A DNA stretch of 64,000 nt from positions 98,580,001 to 98,644,000 of the forward strand of contig NC_043003.1 of NCBI RefSeq assembly GCF_006345805.1, in the 5' to 3' direction. The stretch comes from Octopus sinensis. Lineage: Eukaryota. The notes under the pieces were generated by a model. The model was not told the origin of the DNA and searched no databases. It saw only the letters and a program-made list of their open reading frames with translations. Position 1 is the stretch's first letter. The number at the start of each line of letters is the position of its first letter. Below, in pieces: positions 1-12,876 of the stretch. A program made the translations under genes and the position numbers.

Positions 1-280
1 CCGACTGATCGTTCTCGCCCACCTTCACACTCTGTGCCGTTTTGCTTGTTTTGTTTTGTTTGCTCTTCTTCCTAATTCTCCGCAAAAAAAACTTATTTTT
101 ACGGGCACCGCCAATTGGGAAGCTCTAAGCCTAATCTTTAAAGAAATATTACCAATTGGTCAATAACTGATGAAGAATTGAGGACCTTATATTCATCAAA
201 CTGTTTTGATCCATACGTGTAACTCCCAATAAATTGGTTGAGCGCTCTTCTTTTGTTTGCCCTCTCACTCGTATATATGA

Positions 281-323
<43 letters not shown>

Positions 324-599
324 GTGTGTGTGTTGCCTGCGTTCAAGTCTGTGTTTGCCCCCCACCACCGCTTGACAAACCAGTGATGATGTGTTTATGT
401 CCCCGTAACGTAGCGGTTCGACCAAAATGAACGATAGAATAAGTGTCTGGCTTGAAAAAAATGCGCTGGGGTCGTTTCGTTCGATTACAAATTCCTCAAG
501 GCAGTGTCCCAGCATGGCCACAGTCTAATCATTAAAATATGTAAAGAAGAAAAAAAGAAGTAAAAGAATTTATTTAATACTTAAATATTTATATTTTAT

Positions 600-990
600 C
601 GTTATCAATGGAGTCGTAGGGTCATCGGGAAAGGATATGTTTTCATATTTCCATAGCTGCAGCGTTATTTCTGTCCTACGTATGGCATATTTCATGTATC
701 TGGGTATCATTAGTGTGGTCGTACTCATGGCTAATTTCTTCCAGGAATTAAGGGGACAAAAATTGTTGTCAAAAGCCATTTCTCAATCAATCCCTGCTAT
801 TCTTAGACCCTATTTTCTCATTCTACTATTTCTGATTATGCCTTCGTTGATCAGTAATTCATTTAGTCTTAGTTATATGAGAAACCTTTGTAGAAGCGGT
901 GCAGCAAAAGAATGTAAAGAAATCAGTTATTGATCAACACAGGCATAATCATTTGAGAGAGGAGGGGTTAAGCATAACATGGCTTCGCTA
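600..990 (-). mobile_element. Highly decayed R4/Dong-type RT fragment
   Basis: Minus strand NELLINEGIIRNSRMRK.GLRIAGID.EMAFD resembles the recalled RT motif DQLLI..I......NL..AWIDY.KAFD. Confidence 0.55.
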
Positions 991-2589
991 ACATAAGGCT
1001 TTTTATATTTTCTAATCTCTTAAGGCGGCGATCTGGCAGAAACGTTAGCGCGATTTATTCTCTTCTTTATTATTATTCTGAAAGATGAATGCAGGTACGT
1101 TATAGGCCTGTAATTTCTCGGTAGTATTAAAACCATTTTGTATTTCTGTGCCAAGTTATTACTTCACCAGCGTCACTGTTTTTATGGAAAGTAATCCCTT
1201 CTACTATAGGCACATGGCCTGAAATTTGTGGGGAGAGGGGGATAGTCGATTACATCGACCCCAGTGTTTCACTGGTACTTGAATTATTGACCACGAAAGG
1301 ATGAAAGGCAAAAATCGACCTCGCCGGTATTTGAACTCAGAATGCATTTTCATGGAAAATATTATGTGCTACCACATAGGTATTATGGCAATTCTCCTCT
1401 GTGTCTCATTTTGTGTGTCTGTCTGTCTATCTGTCCGATTGCCTCTTTGTCTGTCTGCCTGTATGCCTGTCTATCTGTCTACCTTTCTCTCTCTCTCTCT
1501 CTCAAAGTATATGGATGTGACAGCCTGCTCTTTTATGGCAAACCTTACTACTTCTGCTGTTGTATATTAGACTGTATCGCTGTGTGTTTTTATTTTTGCG
1601 GCAAGTGTATGGCAGATACACAGACATACATGCACATACCGAACACATAGGCACACACATACAGGCACAAATGCAAAAGCAAGCGCTGACAAGGGTAAGT
1701 ACCACAGAAAGACGAGAAAAACTAAACAAAATAAAGCCAGAAAGAAGACACAAATAGTCATTGAGGTTACAGAATGTGTAACGAAAGAGCGTTGACAAAA
1801 TAACCAATAATAATAATAATAAAGCTGAAGAAAAAGTGAAATAGTGCGTATGTTTATTGGCAAAATGGCCGTCCTCAAATATAACAATACACACATACAT
1901 ATAAATATATGCATAAATATAAATATACATATACATATAAATACATACGTGCATACACACACACACATCAAATATCCGTCTATATCTTATGTTAATTCCC
2001 CGGCGTGGAGTATAAACACGTGCTAGGATTTTTTCCGAGATATGGGATAGCTTCTAGTCGAATCTAACAATCGTATAGTAATTGGATTTATGTATAAATA
2101 CTGTTATAAGGACGATGCGGGCAACGATACTAGAAAGAGCGACAGATCTTTTACTTTTATTATATCTGCTACTACAAACAATATGGATATCAGCTTTGGC
2201 CCAAGGCCAGATTTTGTTTCTTAATAACGGCGATAATATGGGAAGGAGAATAGTCGAGTAATGATTAAGGGAGTGGTACTACTTAACCTTATAAATAGCA
2301 TTTATATGGTTAAGGGACAGTGGCAAATATGGTGTATATTGTCCAGCACTTTTTCCTTTCCTACAATATATCACTCGGATTCATCTGTAAGTAATAGTTC
2401 TTTACATTGGAACAAGGTCACATATGTCGTTGGAAGGAGAATAATCGTCGACTAAAATTTCATTGATCCGTGACACTGGAGGGAAAAGTTAGAAAGTTCT
2501 GCGGCTGGATTTCAAAGGGAAAGTAGAAAGAAGGGTAACTAAATATCGCATTGCTATTGTTTCTGTCACAATTCATCTGCTAATAATTG

Positions 2590-3630
2590 TTTCTAGTCTC
2601 GGCACAAGACCCTGAAATTTAGGAAAGGGGAATCAGTCGATAGTCATCGATATCATTAATTGACTGGTTCTTTATTTTATAGACCCAGAAAAGTATTAAA
2701 TTTAAAGTTGATCTCAGGGATGTTTGAACCCAGAATTTAAATAGCACGAACAAATATACCAATATATTTTTCCACTCTAGTAATAACAGCTACTAAGTCC
2801 AGCAATTTTTATTAGAAGAGGAACTCGATAATATAAAATCCCAGTACATGACTGGTATCCTAATGCAAAGTTGGCTGCGGCAGGATTTAAAATCAGAATA
2901 TGAAACACCGTATTTGAATACTACAAAGCATTTTGTCCGATGCACAAGTGATTCTGTCAATCCACCTTGGTTGGCACAATTACTAATAAGAAATATTGGC
3001 TTCAAACTGAGACAAGGCCAGTAATTTAGTGGGAGTAGGCACTTCGACATAACTGGTATTTATTTTATCGCTCACGAAAGGACGAAAGGAAAAGACGACT
3101 TCAGCAATATGTGAACACAGAACGTAAAATCGGAAGAGATGCTGCTAAGCATTTTGCGCGTTGTGGTAACGATTCTACCAGCTAGCAGCCTTACTAACAA
3201 GGGTCTTGAATTTGTTTACACTAGGCCGGCAATTTTGGGTGAATGGTCACTCGATTACATCGACCCGATGCTCAACTGGTACTTATTTTATCGATCCTGA
3301 AAATGTGGAATGTAAAGTTGACCTAAGCGGTATTTGAACTAAGAACGTAAAAACAGGCGAAATGCCGCTAAGCATTTGGTTCAGCTTGCTAACGATTCTG
3401 TCAGCTGGAGGACTGAAGAAGAATAAATATTGGTTTCAACTTTTGGCTCAAGGCCAACAATTTTAGAGGAGGGTGTAAGTCGATTACATCGATCCCAGTG
3501 CTAGAATTTATTGACCCCGAAAGGATGAAAGGCAAAATCAACCCTGCTGGACTTTGAACTCAGAAAGTAAAGACGGGCGAAATGATTCTAAGCATTTTGC
3601 CCGGCGTGCCAACGATTCTTCCAGCTAACC
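2590..3630 (-). mobile_element. Four consecutive older SINE family 2 copies in the same orientation
   Basis: Units near 2590-2760, 2990-3200, 3200-3400 and 3430-3630 each contain the atcgac..ctggt..tatttta..gaaaggat..gaactcagaa pattern. Confidence 0.75.
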
Positions 3631-3749
3631 GTCATAATATAATTTTTACGAAGGCATATGTGTCCTAATTATACCTTTTTTTCCGGTCAGACGAAAGCTT
3701 TGAGAGTGAATTTTGTAGACGGAAACAAAATGTATATATATATATATAT

Positions 3750-4035
3750 ATATATATCTTTATATATAAAAGTGAAGTTGTGTGTCTGTCTCCTACGATT
3801 TAGATTCCTAACTACTCCCACATTTTGCGGTGCAGTTTAACCAAAAGCGGGTACCTTATAGTCGTGACTCATATCGAGCCCTTCTGGGTATTAGCGTGCG
3901 TCTACGATGAGTCTACGATTTAAAAAAAATTTACCATCATTTTTTCCCATTTTCAATGCCATTTTTTGCTATTATATAAGGGAAGTAACTCTCTAAATAT
4001 TCTTATATAGTTATTTCCCTTAGAAATGAATGAAA
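3750..4035 (-). mobile_element. HINE-like element related to 53574-53962
   Basis: Minus strand gggaaataactata...tttagagagtta...aaaatgatggtaaattttt matches the 53.6-kb element. Confidence 0.55.
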
Positions 4036-4046
4036 ATTAAAAACAT

Positions 4047-4724
4047 TATATATGCATATATGGGTACAGGACATCACAAAACGTAAACATCATGAAATAC
4101 GAAGGCAAAAGTGGGTATGCGAACAACAAAAGAAACAAATGGAAAACAAGACAAGTAACATAAAGAACGACCCTTCATCAATTGTCGGTTGTTCAGCTGC
4201 TCCGCATTTCGAGCAATTAACGACAATATGAGGCTTCGAAAAACAGTTGCTCCCGCGAGCCAAAGTAAAATTTGGGATTTGCGGAGGGTCAAAGTCGATA
4301 ATAAAAACAGGTCAGCGGAAACAAACAACAAACCAAAGGAAAACAAAACGTTAGGCCAGACGAGGTAAGGTAGCGAACGCTGGAGGAATATTCTTTGACA
4401 AGATAAAAGATGGGAGAGGAAAGAGATAAGAATGCTCCTGGTCTCTGCGTCCATCTTTCGTTTCTTCACGTGATCATCTTCCTTTCACCTTCAATCTGTC
4501 GCACTGACCAGACGCATTCTTATCTGCGACCAGATGCATTCTTAAACATGGAGTAGATGAACAGCTGACAACTGATGAAGGGTCGTTCTTTATATTACTT
4601 GTTTTGTTTTCCATTTGCTTTCCTCGTTGTTCATATATCCAAGTTTACCTTCGTAATTCATGTTGTTTTCATATTTCATGTTGTTCACGTTTTGTGACGA
4701 CCTGCACCCATATATGCATATATA
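4047..4724. mobile_element. Inverted arrangement of two pLTR-like segments (family 1)
   Basis: 4047-4205 and about 4552-4724 are diverged reverse complements. A 17-bp direct repeat (4506-22 and 4528-44) lies near the junction. The same family occurs at about 35890-36130 on the minus strand. Confidence 0.65.
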
Positions 4725-5580
4725 TATACATATATATGTATGTACATATATGTATGTATATCACGTGATCACGTGACCGACCAGACCATCATATGTTGTT
4801 ACACATCGCTGGTCACAATGCGTTCGCATTGTTTTAGCCTTCGAATGACGCTACCCCGCTGGCTAAGCGAGCAGGCCAATATGTATGTATATATGCATAT
4901 ATATATATATATATATGTGTGTGTGTATGTATATATCTATGTGTGTGTTTGTGTGTGTTTCTGTGTATGTTTCTCCCCCACCACTGCTTGACCACCGGTG
5001 TTGGTGTGTTTACGTCCCCGTAACATAGCATTTCGGCAAAGGAGTCCGATATAATAAATACTATGCTTATGTGTGTGTGTGTGCGTGCGTGTGTCTGTGT
5101 TCATCCCTCCCCACCGCTTGACAACCGGTGTTGGTGTGTTTACGTCCCCCGTAACTTAGCAGTTCAGCCAAAGCTACCGATATGATAAGTGCTTGGCTTT
5201 AAAAAAGAAAATAAGACCTGGGAAGTGGGGTCTATTTGTTTGACTGAAACCTTTGAAGACGGTGCCCCAGCATGGCCGCAGTCACATGACTAAAGTAAAA
5301 AACGACGATAAAAGATACATACAAACGCACACATGCACACACGCACATACACAAAATGCGCGCACGCATACACACAAATGCACACACTCAGGTATGCATA
5401 CATATACATTTATTCTTTTCTACTCTAGACACAAGGCCCGAAAATTTGGGGGAGGGGGCCAGTCGATCAGATAGACATCAGTATGCAACTGGTACTTAAT
5501 TTATCGACCCCGAAAGAATAAAAGGCAAAGTCGACCTCGGCGGAATTTGAACTCGGAACGCAGCGGCAGACGAAATACCT

Positions 5581-5810
5581 ATTTCTTTACTGCCCACAAG
5601 GGGCTAAACACAGCGCGGATAAACAAGGACAGACAAACGGATTAAGTCGATTATATCAACCCCAGTGCGTAACTTGTGCTTATTTAATCGACCCCGAAAG
5701 GATGAAAGGCAAAGTCGACCTCGGCGGAATTTGAACTCAGAACGCAGCGGCAGACGAAAAACTGCTAAGCATTTCGCCCGGCGTACTAACGATTCTGCCT
5801 GCTCGCCGCC
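5581..5810 (-). mobile_element. SINE family 2, full copy
   Basis: Head GGCGGCGAGCAGGCAG, B-box GAGTTCAAATTCC, core GTCGACTTTGCCTTTCATCCTTTCGGGGTCGAT, tail CCCCTTGTGGGCAGTAAAGAAAT. Confidence 0.85.
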
Positions 5811-6319
5811 TTTCATACATACATACATACATACATACATACATACATACATACATACACACACACACGCATATATGTATATATATATATTTATATATAT
5901 ATACATTGTGTAAATGTGTGTATGTTTATATATCTATGTAATTGTCTTATAGAAAATTGAAAGAGTAAAAAAAAAAAATTTAAATGATGTCAGATTAAAT
6001 TTGTCCCAAGGCACACCAAGAAACAAACTATTCGCTCAACTTAATGGGAGGTCGAAAGAAAACTCTATTGACGTAAAGTTAAAAATCATTGCCTTGGACG
6101 GAATAGAATTCTGTAATTCTGTAATTCTATCGATTGTAACAGTGTTTACGTTTTGCTTCTTTGTTGTTTTTTTTTGTATTTTTTTCTATTTGCCAATGTT
6201 TTGTAAACAATGAGACTGATTGAACGCTGATCAAACCCTATGTAGGAGGGGTTATGTTTTTCTGTTTTACATGTATACATACAATCGTATACATAGCAAA
6301 GTAGCATCTGTTTATTATT

Positions 6320-6590
6320 ATTGTTTCTTCTTCTTCTTCTTCTTCTTCTTCTTCTTCTTCTTCTTCTTCTTCTTTTCTTCTTCTTCTCCTCCTCCTCCTC
6401 CTCCTCCTCCTTCTTCTTCTTCTTCTTCTTCTTCTTCCTCCTCTTCTTCTTCTTCTTCTTCTTCTTCTTCTAATTATTATTATTATTATTATTGCATCAA
6501 TATCATAATCCTCCTCCCCTTCCTCCACCTCCACCTCCACCTCCCCTCCTCCTCTTCTTCCCCCTCCCCTCCTCCTCCTCCTCCTCCTAC
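6320..6590 (+). repeat. Compound trinucleotide microsatellite (TTC)n(CCT)n(TAT)n
   Basis: Seen directly. Confidence 0.95.
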
Positions 6591-8420
6591 TCGGTAAGTG
6601 ATTCCCTTCAGCCACCTCCTCTGTGACAAACATTGGAAAATAAATTAAGTAGGTGGTCCTTGATGTAAACAGACTGGTGGCTATCCATGCTCCGTATTTC
6701 TTCCGATGTCTGGAGGCTTTCCTCGGGAACGTCTCGACTTTTAATGTTAGTGGGTGACTGGAATGCCATCTTGGACACACATTTAAATTGTATGGGATTA
6801 ACTGTTAGAAGACGGGGGTGCAAAAGCCTTGAAACCCACTCAGACATTTTCAGTTGTCTGACAGGTCCAGACTGTAATTCTCGAATGTGCCAGTGTGAAC
6901 ATGGATGAACCATATCGGGTCATCTGGGTTGTGTCTAGATAGAGTAAGCTCTAGGTCCGTAGATAAGGAAAGCATAAGTTGCCTACTTTCCAAAATCCTA
7001 ACCTGCACAGACCACAAATTTGTGGTCTGCATGGTCGACCTAGACAGGTCTCGTAGGAAGGGACACGGTTACTGGAAGTTGAACGCGTTACTCTTGGCAT
7101 ACCAAGCTTAGAGAGACCGGAATACCGTATTAGTTAAGTTGATGAGGTCAATCATCAACAACAAACGGTGGTTTAACCTGTAAAGAGTAAATAGAGTGGA
7201 ATGTATTAACGATAAAAAGGGATTAACGATAAAAAGAAGAAAAATGGATGGAAACTTAGAAATGTAGAAGAGGCGCTTAGGAAAGCACTACAACCGACGT
7301 GCTCGCGGCGAGATTGACCCTGGATCAATTCAACGCTAAGCACGGAGGATGCATTGTTAGACCTAAGGCGCATGGGAAACAAGAGAACGGAAGCCGCTCA
7401 ATTAGCCCGAGTGGCAGAGGTACAACGTGTCAAAAAATCCACAATTTGGTTTTTGGTGGTCTAAAGTGGGCGCATGATACTCGAACCTGAGCAGATGTAT
7501 GCGGCATTTCAGCAGCACTTCGCTGAACCGTATGGAACGAATGGCAATTCAGAATTCAGAATGGTTCAGTGGCTAACCCGACGGTATGCCAGGACTCTCG
7601 GTAAGGTACGCTGAACGTTGTGAAAGGCTGGTAACAGTTGTGGAAATATGGTATGCGATGATGGGCTATAGGGTGAGAAAATCGTCTAGCTTGGATGGTC
7701 TGCCTTACGAGCTTTACTGTTATATGCCTGGTATTTGACAGCCTCTTAGAAAATATCTACCGCAACGGGCAACAGAACGAGAGAATTCCTAGTTCTGTGT
7801 GTCGAAAAGCGGTGGTACTGCTAAAAAGGATCGAAATAAGGGGGACCAAATAGAAAACTTTAGGTCCATAACGCTGCTAAGCGTAGATTTCAAGACCTTG
7901 TTTGGTCCAGATCTGCAGGAGAAGAAGAACTGGGTCAAGGTGATGAGCAGGGTGGCCAGTCACACCCAGAAATAGGCTGAGAGAAAGCTGCCATTGAAAG
8001 GTTGTGCGGAAGTGGTGAAAGCATACATCGCATTCGTTATATATAACCTCCATACTGTCATACCTTGCTCCAGTTTACGTCTGACCAAGCTGGAATGCAT
8101 ACTCTTCCGCTTTTTGTGGAAGCAACACGTTCCACCGATCGAGCGCTCCATTTTTGGTCAACACCTGCCTAATGAAAGACTGGGCATTCCGTGGCTACTA
8201 ATGCGCAGACATATGCTAAGCCTACGACATCTCCAGCACTCCCTTCACGGTGAGCAGAGCGGATGCTGTCATGGCGGACCGGTTTTGGTCTAATCTCCAG
8301 CTGAAAAAAAATCAAGGTCCTGGCCAATGGCACCCAGGAATGCGACGAAAGAAATCAAACCCCTGATATGGATATTCATGCTGATATTGTGTGAAGAATG
8401 ACACTGGAGTGGACTATACA
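6590..8420 (+). mobile_element. Decayed, internally deleted L1/Tx1-clade LINE ORF2
   Basis: APE motifs LVAIHAPYFF..LMLVGDWNAILD and GHGYWKLN. RT motifs LDGLPYELY and NFRSITLLSVDFKTL. Downstream LFRFLWKQHVP..LGIPWLLMRRH. Confidence 0.88.
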
Positions 8421-9422
8421 AAAGATACTTTTAAAGTTATTACCATCAATAATATTGACATCTGCAATAACCTTATACACATGTACATTTTGATGAAATT
8501 AAAACATTTTATTGGCATTACATACAACAGAATCAATGATAACTTTTCTAGACACAGGTAGGTTTGAGACAGAGATCACATCCAGTCAAAGTAGAAATGT
8601 AACAAAGGTCTCTCATATCGGGTTGTATCTTCTTATATAAGAAGTTTATCCAAGAACAGGCAAAAAAAGAAGACTCAAATTACTGCCTCTCGAATAAAGA
8701 AGGGGTCTACTTAGTGTCACCCACCCACTTCAAAATATATATATTACGTTGGAGCGGGCATGGCTGAGTGGTAAGAAGCTTGCTTCCCAGCCACGCGGTT
8801 TCGAGTTCAGTCCAACTGCCTGGTAATTGGGTACTACAACTTCGGGCCAACCAAAACCTTGTGAGTGGATTTAGTAGACAAACTGAGAGTATCCCGTCGT
8901 ATATATGTATGTGTGTGTGTACGCGCGCGCGTGTGCCAAATTATCTACAGCCTCTATATTGATATGTCTGTGTCCCTGTAGCTTAGTTCATGTTAATATA
9001 AATGGTAGAAGGGTAAAAGACTCCCTTCGCTCATGAATGACCATGAGATTGCGCCTAGAAAATCCCCCTCCCCCGAGGTACAAGTCCAGACATTGTTGTT
9101 TATGGAATACCAGTGGTCGCCCGTGCATACAAGCCTGCCCTCTCCACGCCACCGATGATGTCCAAAGGAAAGAGGAAGGCTGATATAACTTGGCATCAGT
9201 GACGTCGCAACTCATTTCTACAGCTGAGTGAAATGGAACAACGTGAAATAAAGTGTCTTGCTCAAGAACACAATACACAGCCCGGTCCGGAAATCGAACT
9301 CGCTACCTCGTGAGCTCGACGCTCTAAACACTATGCTATGCGCCTTCAAAATTCATATGCAATGATATATGTCAGCCGGTGCATACAAGCATATATTTAT
9401 TCATTTATCCGTAAATGTGTAT

Positions 9423-9469
<47 letters not shown>

Positions 9470-9531
9470 AACAGAGAGAGAGAGGGAGAGAGAGAGAAAG
9501 AGAAAGAAGAAAGAATGAGAGATAGAGATAG

Positions 9532-9576
<45 letters not shown>

Positions 9577-10004
9577 TAGGGAGAGAGAGAGATCAGTGTA
9601 CTAAAGCGCCATCAGATCTCCTAAACATTCATTTTATATAAAAAAACTCGTACTTAACCACTACCTAGCGGGAACTACACCCACCATCCTTTTTAATGGC
9701 TTAGTCAGACACGGGAAGACACAGCTTGTGATCCTTTTCCAGGACATCCGGAACGTGTGGGAAGAATATGAGGACATCATCTTCAGTGCAGAAAACAGGC
9801 TTAGAATATTTAGAACGAAATGAAGCACTAAAGATTCTCTAAAACTAGGTGGTGTTTGTAAACGTACTAGCGGATTAAAATCTATATACCACGGTGATGC
9901 TCCAGCATGTCCACAGCCGCATGATTGAAACGAGTAAAATAATAAAACGGTAAAAGAGTACCCAGTTAGTACTCGAAATAAGTGATCGAGGTTAAATTGA
10001 CTGA

Positions 10005-10232
10005 TACTTATTTCTTTACTACCCACAAGGGGCTAAACACAGAGGGGACAAACAAGGACAGACAAACGGATTAAGTCGATTATATCTACTCCAGTGTGTC
10101 ACTGGTACTTATTTAATCGACCCCGAAAGAATGAAAGGCAAAGTCGACCTCGGCGGAATTAGAACTCAGAACGTAACAGCAGACGAAATACGGCTACGCA
10201 TTTCGCTCGGCGTGCTAACGTTTCTTCCAGAT
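10005..10232 (-). mobile_element. SINE family 2, full copy
   Basis: Nearly colinear with 5581-5810 and 42625-42840. Confidence 0.85.
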
Positions 10233-10313
10233 CTAGCTGTTTTTTTAAAAATTGTAGTGTAGTGAAGAGACTGCTAGTTGCTTTGGGACGCTTTTGGAAT
10301 TAGTAGCAATGGT

Positions 10314-10585
10314 ATGGCTTGTAGATGTGATGGCTTGTAGATGTGATGGCTTGTAGATGTGATGGCTTTTAGATGTGATGGCTTGTAGATGTGATGGCTT
10401 GTAGATGTGATGGCTTGTAGATGTGATGGCTTGTAGATGTGATGGCTTTTAGATGTGATGGCTTTTAGATGTGATGGCTTTTAGATGTGATGGCTTTTAG
10501 ATGTGATGGCTTGTAGATGTGATGGCTTGTAGATGTGATGGTTTGTAGATGTGATGGCTTTTAGATGTGGTGGCGTGTAGATGTT
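10314..10585 (+). repeat. 16-bp minisatellite ATGGCTT(G/T)TAGATGTG, 16 units plus 1 degenerate unit
   Basis: Counted directly from the sequence. Confidence 0.97.
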
Positions 10586-11311
10586 GCAGGTGGATATGAT
10601 GAATATGATAGTTATTAGTGCAGGACTGTTTAATTAGCAGATGCAGCTGTTCTTGTTTAGCTCTCCTTTATGTTAACCCTGATAAAGCAGACTTACGATC
10701 AAAGGTGTTCCAGCCACGACCAATCCGGTTATTTGTATATGATGCATCACATTGTCCAATGTGACTTTTATATTTTTCTCTTTTAATATGTTTTTCTTTT
10801 ATTTTTGTTCCTTAAGGCCAGAGAATTCGTTGGTTGCTACATCAAGCGCGTCGAGCGATTACGTAAAGGCTCGGTCGCAGTAGTGATGATGGTGGAGATG
10901 ATGGTGATGATGATGATGATGATGTTGAAAGTGTTGGTGACGGGGGAGTGAAGATGGTGATGGTAGTGACAGTAGTGATGATAATAACAGTAACGACGTT
11001 GGTGATGATGATGATGATCATGATGACGACAACGATGTCGATGGTGATATTTGTGGTGGTTGCAAATGGTAGTGTTAGCAATGGACCTGTTTCGTTTCCT
11101 ACTCCCACTACTGTTGCTGCTGTTATTGCCGCCTTTCTTGCTGTTATTACTTCTATTACTGCTGCTCTTACCGCTGCTGTTTCTGCCGTTGCTGCTGTTA
11201 TATTTATGCCACGGATGGTATTGACATTAAAAAGAAATTACCAGATGTCCTCACACAGTGAATATAAACACGAGTCAGGTCTCACGTGAACTTCAGTTGT
11301 GTTCGACTCAC

Positions 11312-11413
11312 CATGACTCTGGATATCAGCAGAATTACCATGAAGACAGAAAAACGATATAATAGCCCCCATACAGCTAACATAAACAGAGGTCATACGC
11401 CCCACCTTTTCCC
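11312..11413 (-). CDS. Candidate coding exon of an unidentified host gene
   Basis: Strong donor CATG|GTGAGT at 11312/11311. Open frame GEKVGRMTSVYVSCMGAIISFFCLHGNSADIQSH. From ttttag| at 11414 it is a 102-nt phase 1-1 exon; an alternative acceptor ctttgtcgtttctatcttatctacag| lies at 11480. Confidence 0.3.
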
Positions 11414-11614
11414 CTAAAACTTAATCATGAGCCTGTACGACCTACCACATTACTGTGACCTCATCTACAGTAACGGTTTCTGTAGATAAGATAGAAACGA
11501 CAAAGAGGCGGGTGAACGATATGTTGTGAAGTTCATGCATTTCTGCAAATGATATATGTCTAAGGGAAGTGAAATATCTAGTAGATCCCTGAGGAGTAGA
11601 TCTTTTGGGAAATC

Positions 11615-11701
<87 letters not shown>

Positions 11702-11704
11702 TAA

Positions 11705-12250
11705 TAATAATGATGATGATAATAATTTCATTTATTTGCCGCAACGGCAAAGGATGAGGGGGACAATACAAAGACAGATATAATGAGATGATAAAAAAAA
11801 TGGAAGTAATTATATAAAGTATACAGTGAGAAAAAAAAGGGGGACATACGTATAGCATAAAAAGGTTTTAAAAAAGGGGGTGGGATGATGATAAAGATGT
11901 TGTCCTCCTGATACAGGAACGCCTCTAATGATAATTGAGGAATCCCACTGTCCAAGATTTTCCTGAAACCCCAGGAGCAAGTGACCGCTCTCCGACTTAC
12001 AGGTCTACACTTAGAGAGGCACCAGTCTTTCTTGCTATTTTAGCAACTTTCATCCACTTCTCAATAAACACACCCGAGGACAGCACTTCATTCTCCACTC
12101 TCAATTTCATTTTCAAGAGAAACTTGAAGAAGTCAATGAGAGCTCTACCAAAGAGGGGTGCATCTGTGCTCATGCCTTTCAGCCTTGTCCACCAAACAAC
12201 CTCTTTTGCCACAGCCACCAGGCAAAGGGAAACTGCCTTGCTTGCCCCCC
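11705..12250 (-). mobile_element. 5'-truncated L1/Tx1-like LINE 3' end
   Basis: ORF reads LVAVAKEVVWWTRLKG...LIDFFKFLLKMKLRVE..FIEKWMKVAK*, followed by a pyrimidine-rich UTR, AATAAA and an (ATT/ATC)n tail. Confidence 0.7.
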
Positions 12251-12713
12251 AATAGTTTGAAAATTTTCCACAAGGGCAGCAATTTGCGGGGAAGCAATTA
12301 GTCAATTACATCGACCCCAGTGTTTAGCTGGCACTTATTTTATCGACTTCGAAAGGATGAAGGGCAAAGTGGACCTCGGCGACATTTGAACTCAGAACAT
12401 AAAGACAGACGAAATGTCGTTAGGAATTTACCCTGTGAGCTAACGATTCTGCCAGTTCGACGACTTATCATTAATAATAATCCTCTTATCTACTATAGGC
12501 ACAAGGCTGGAAATTTTGGGGAATGGAACATGCCGATTAGATCGGCCCCAGTGCACAACTGTTTCTTATTCTGCCTACCCCTAGAGGATGAACGGCGAAG
12601 TCGACCTCGGCGGAATCTGGAGACCTCTTGCCAGGTATCTAAGCATTTCTCCCGGCGTGATAACAATTCTTCCAGACCGCCAATTTAATAATAATAATAA
12701 TAATAATAAAATA

Positions 12714-12778
<65 letters not shown>

Positions 12779-12798
12779 TAATAATAATAATAATAATG

Positions 12799-12875
<77 letters not shown>

Positions 12876-12876
<1 letters not shown>

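Noticed and set aside
160-215. CTGATGAAGAAT...ATTC hammerhead-like start
   Set aside because: Followed by ATCAAAC rather than GAAAC, and stem I is poor.
10314-10585. CRISPR-like array
   Set aside because: Contiguous units without unique spacers, a eukaryotic context and no cas genes.
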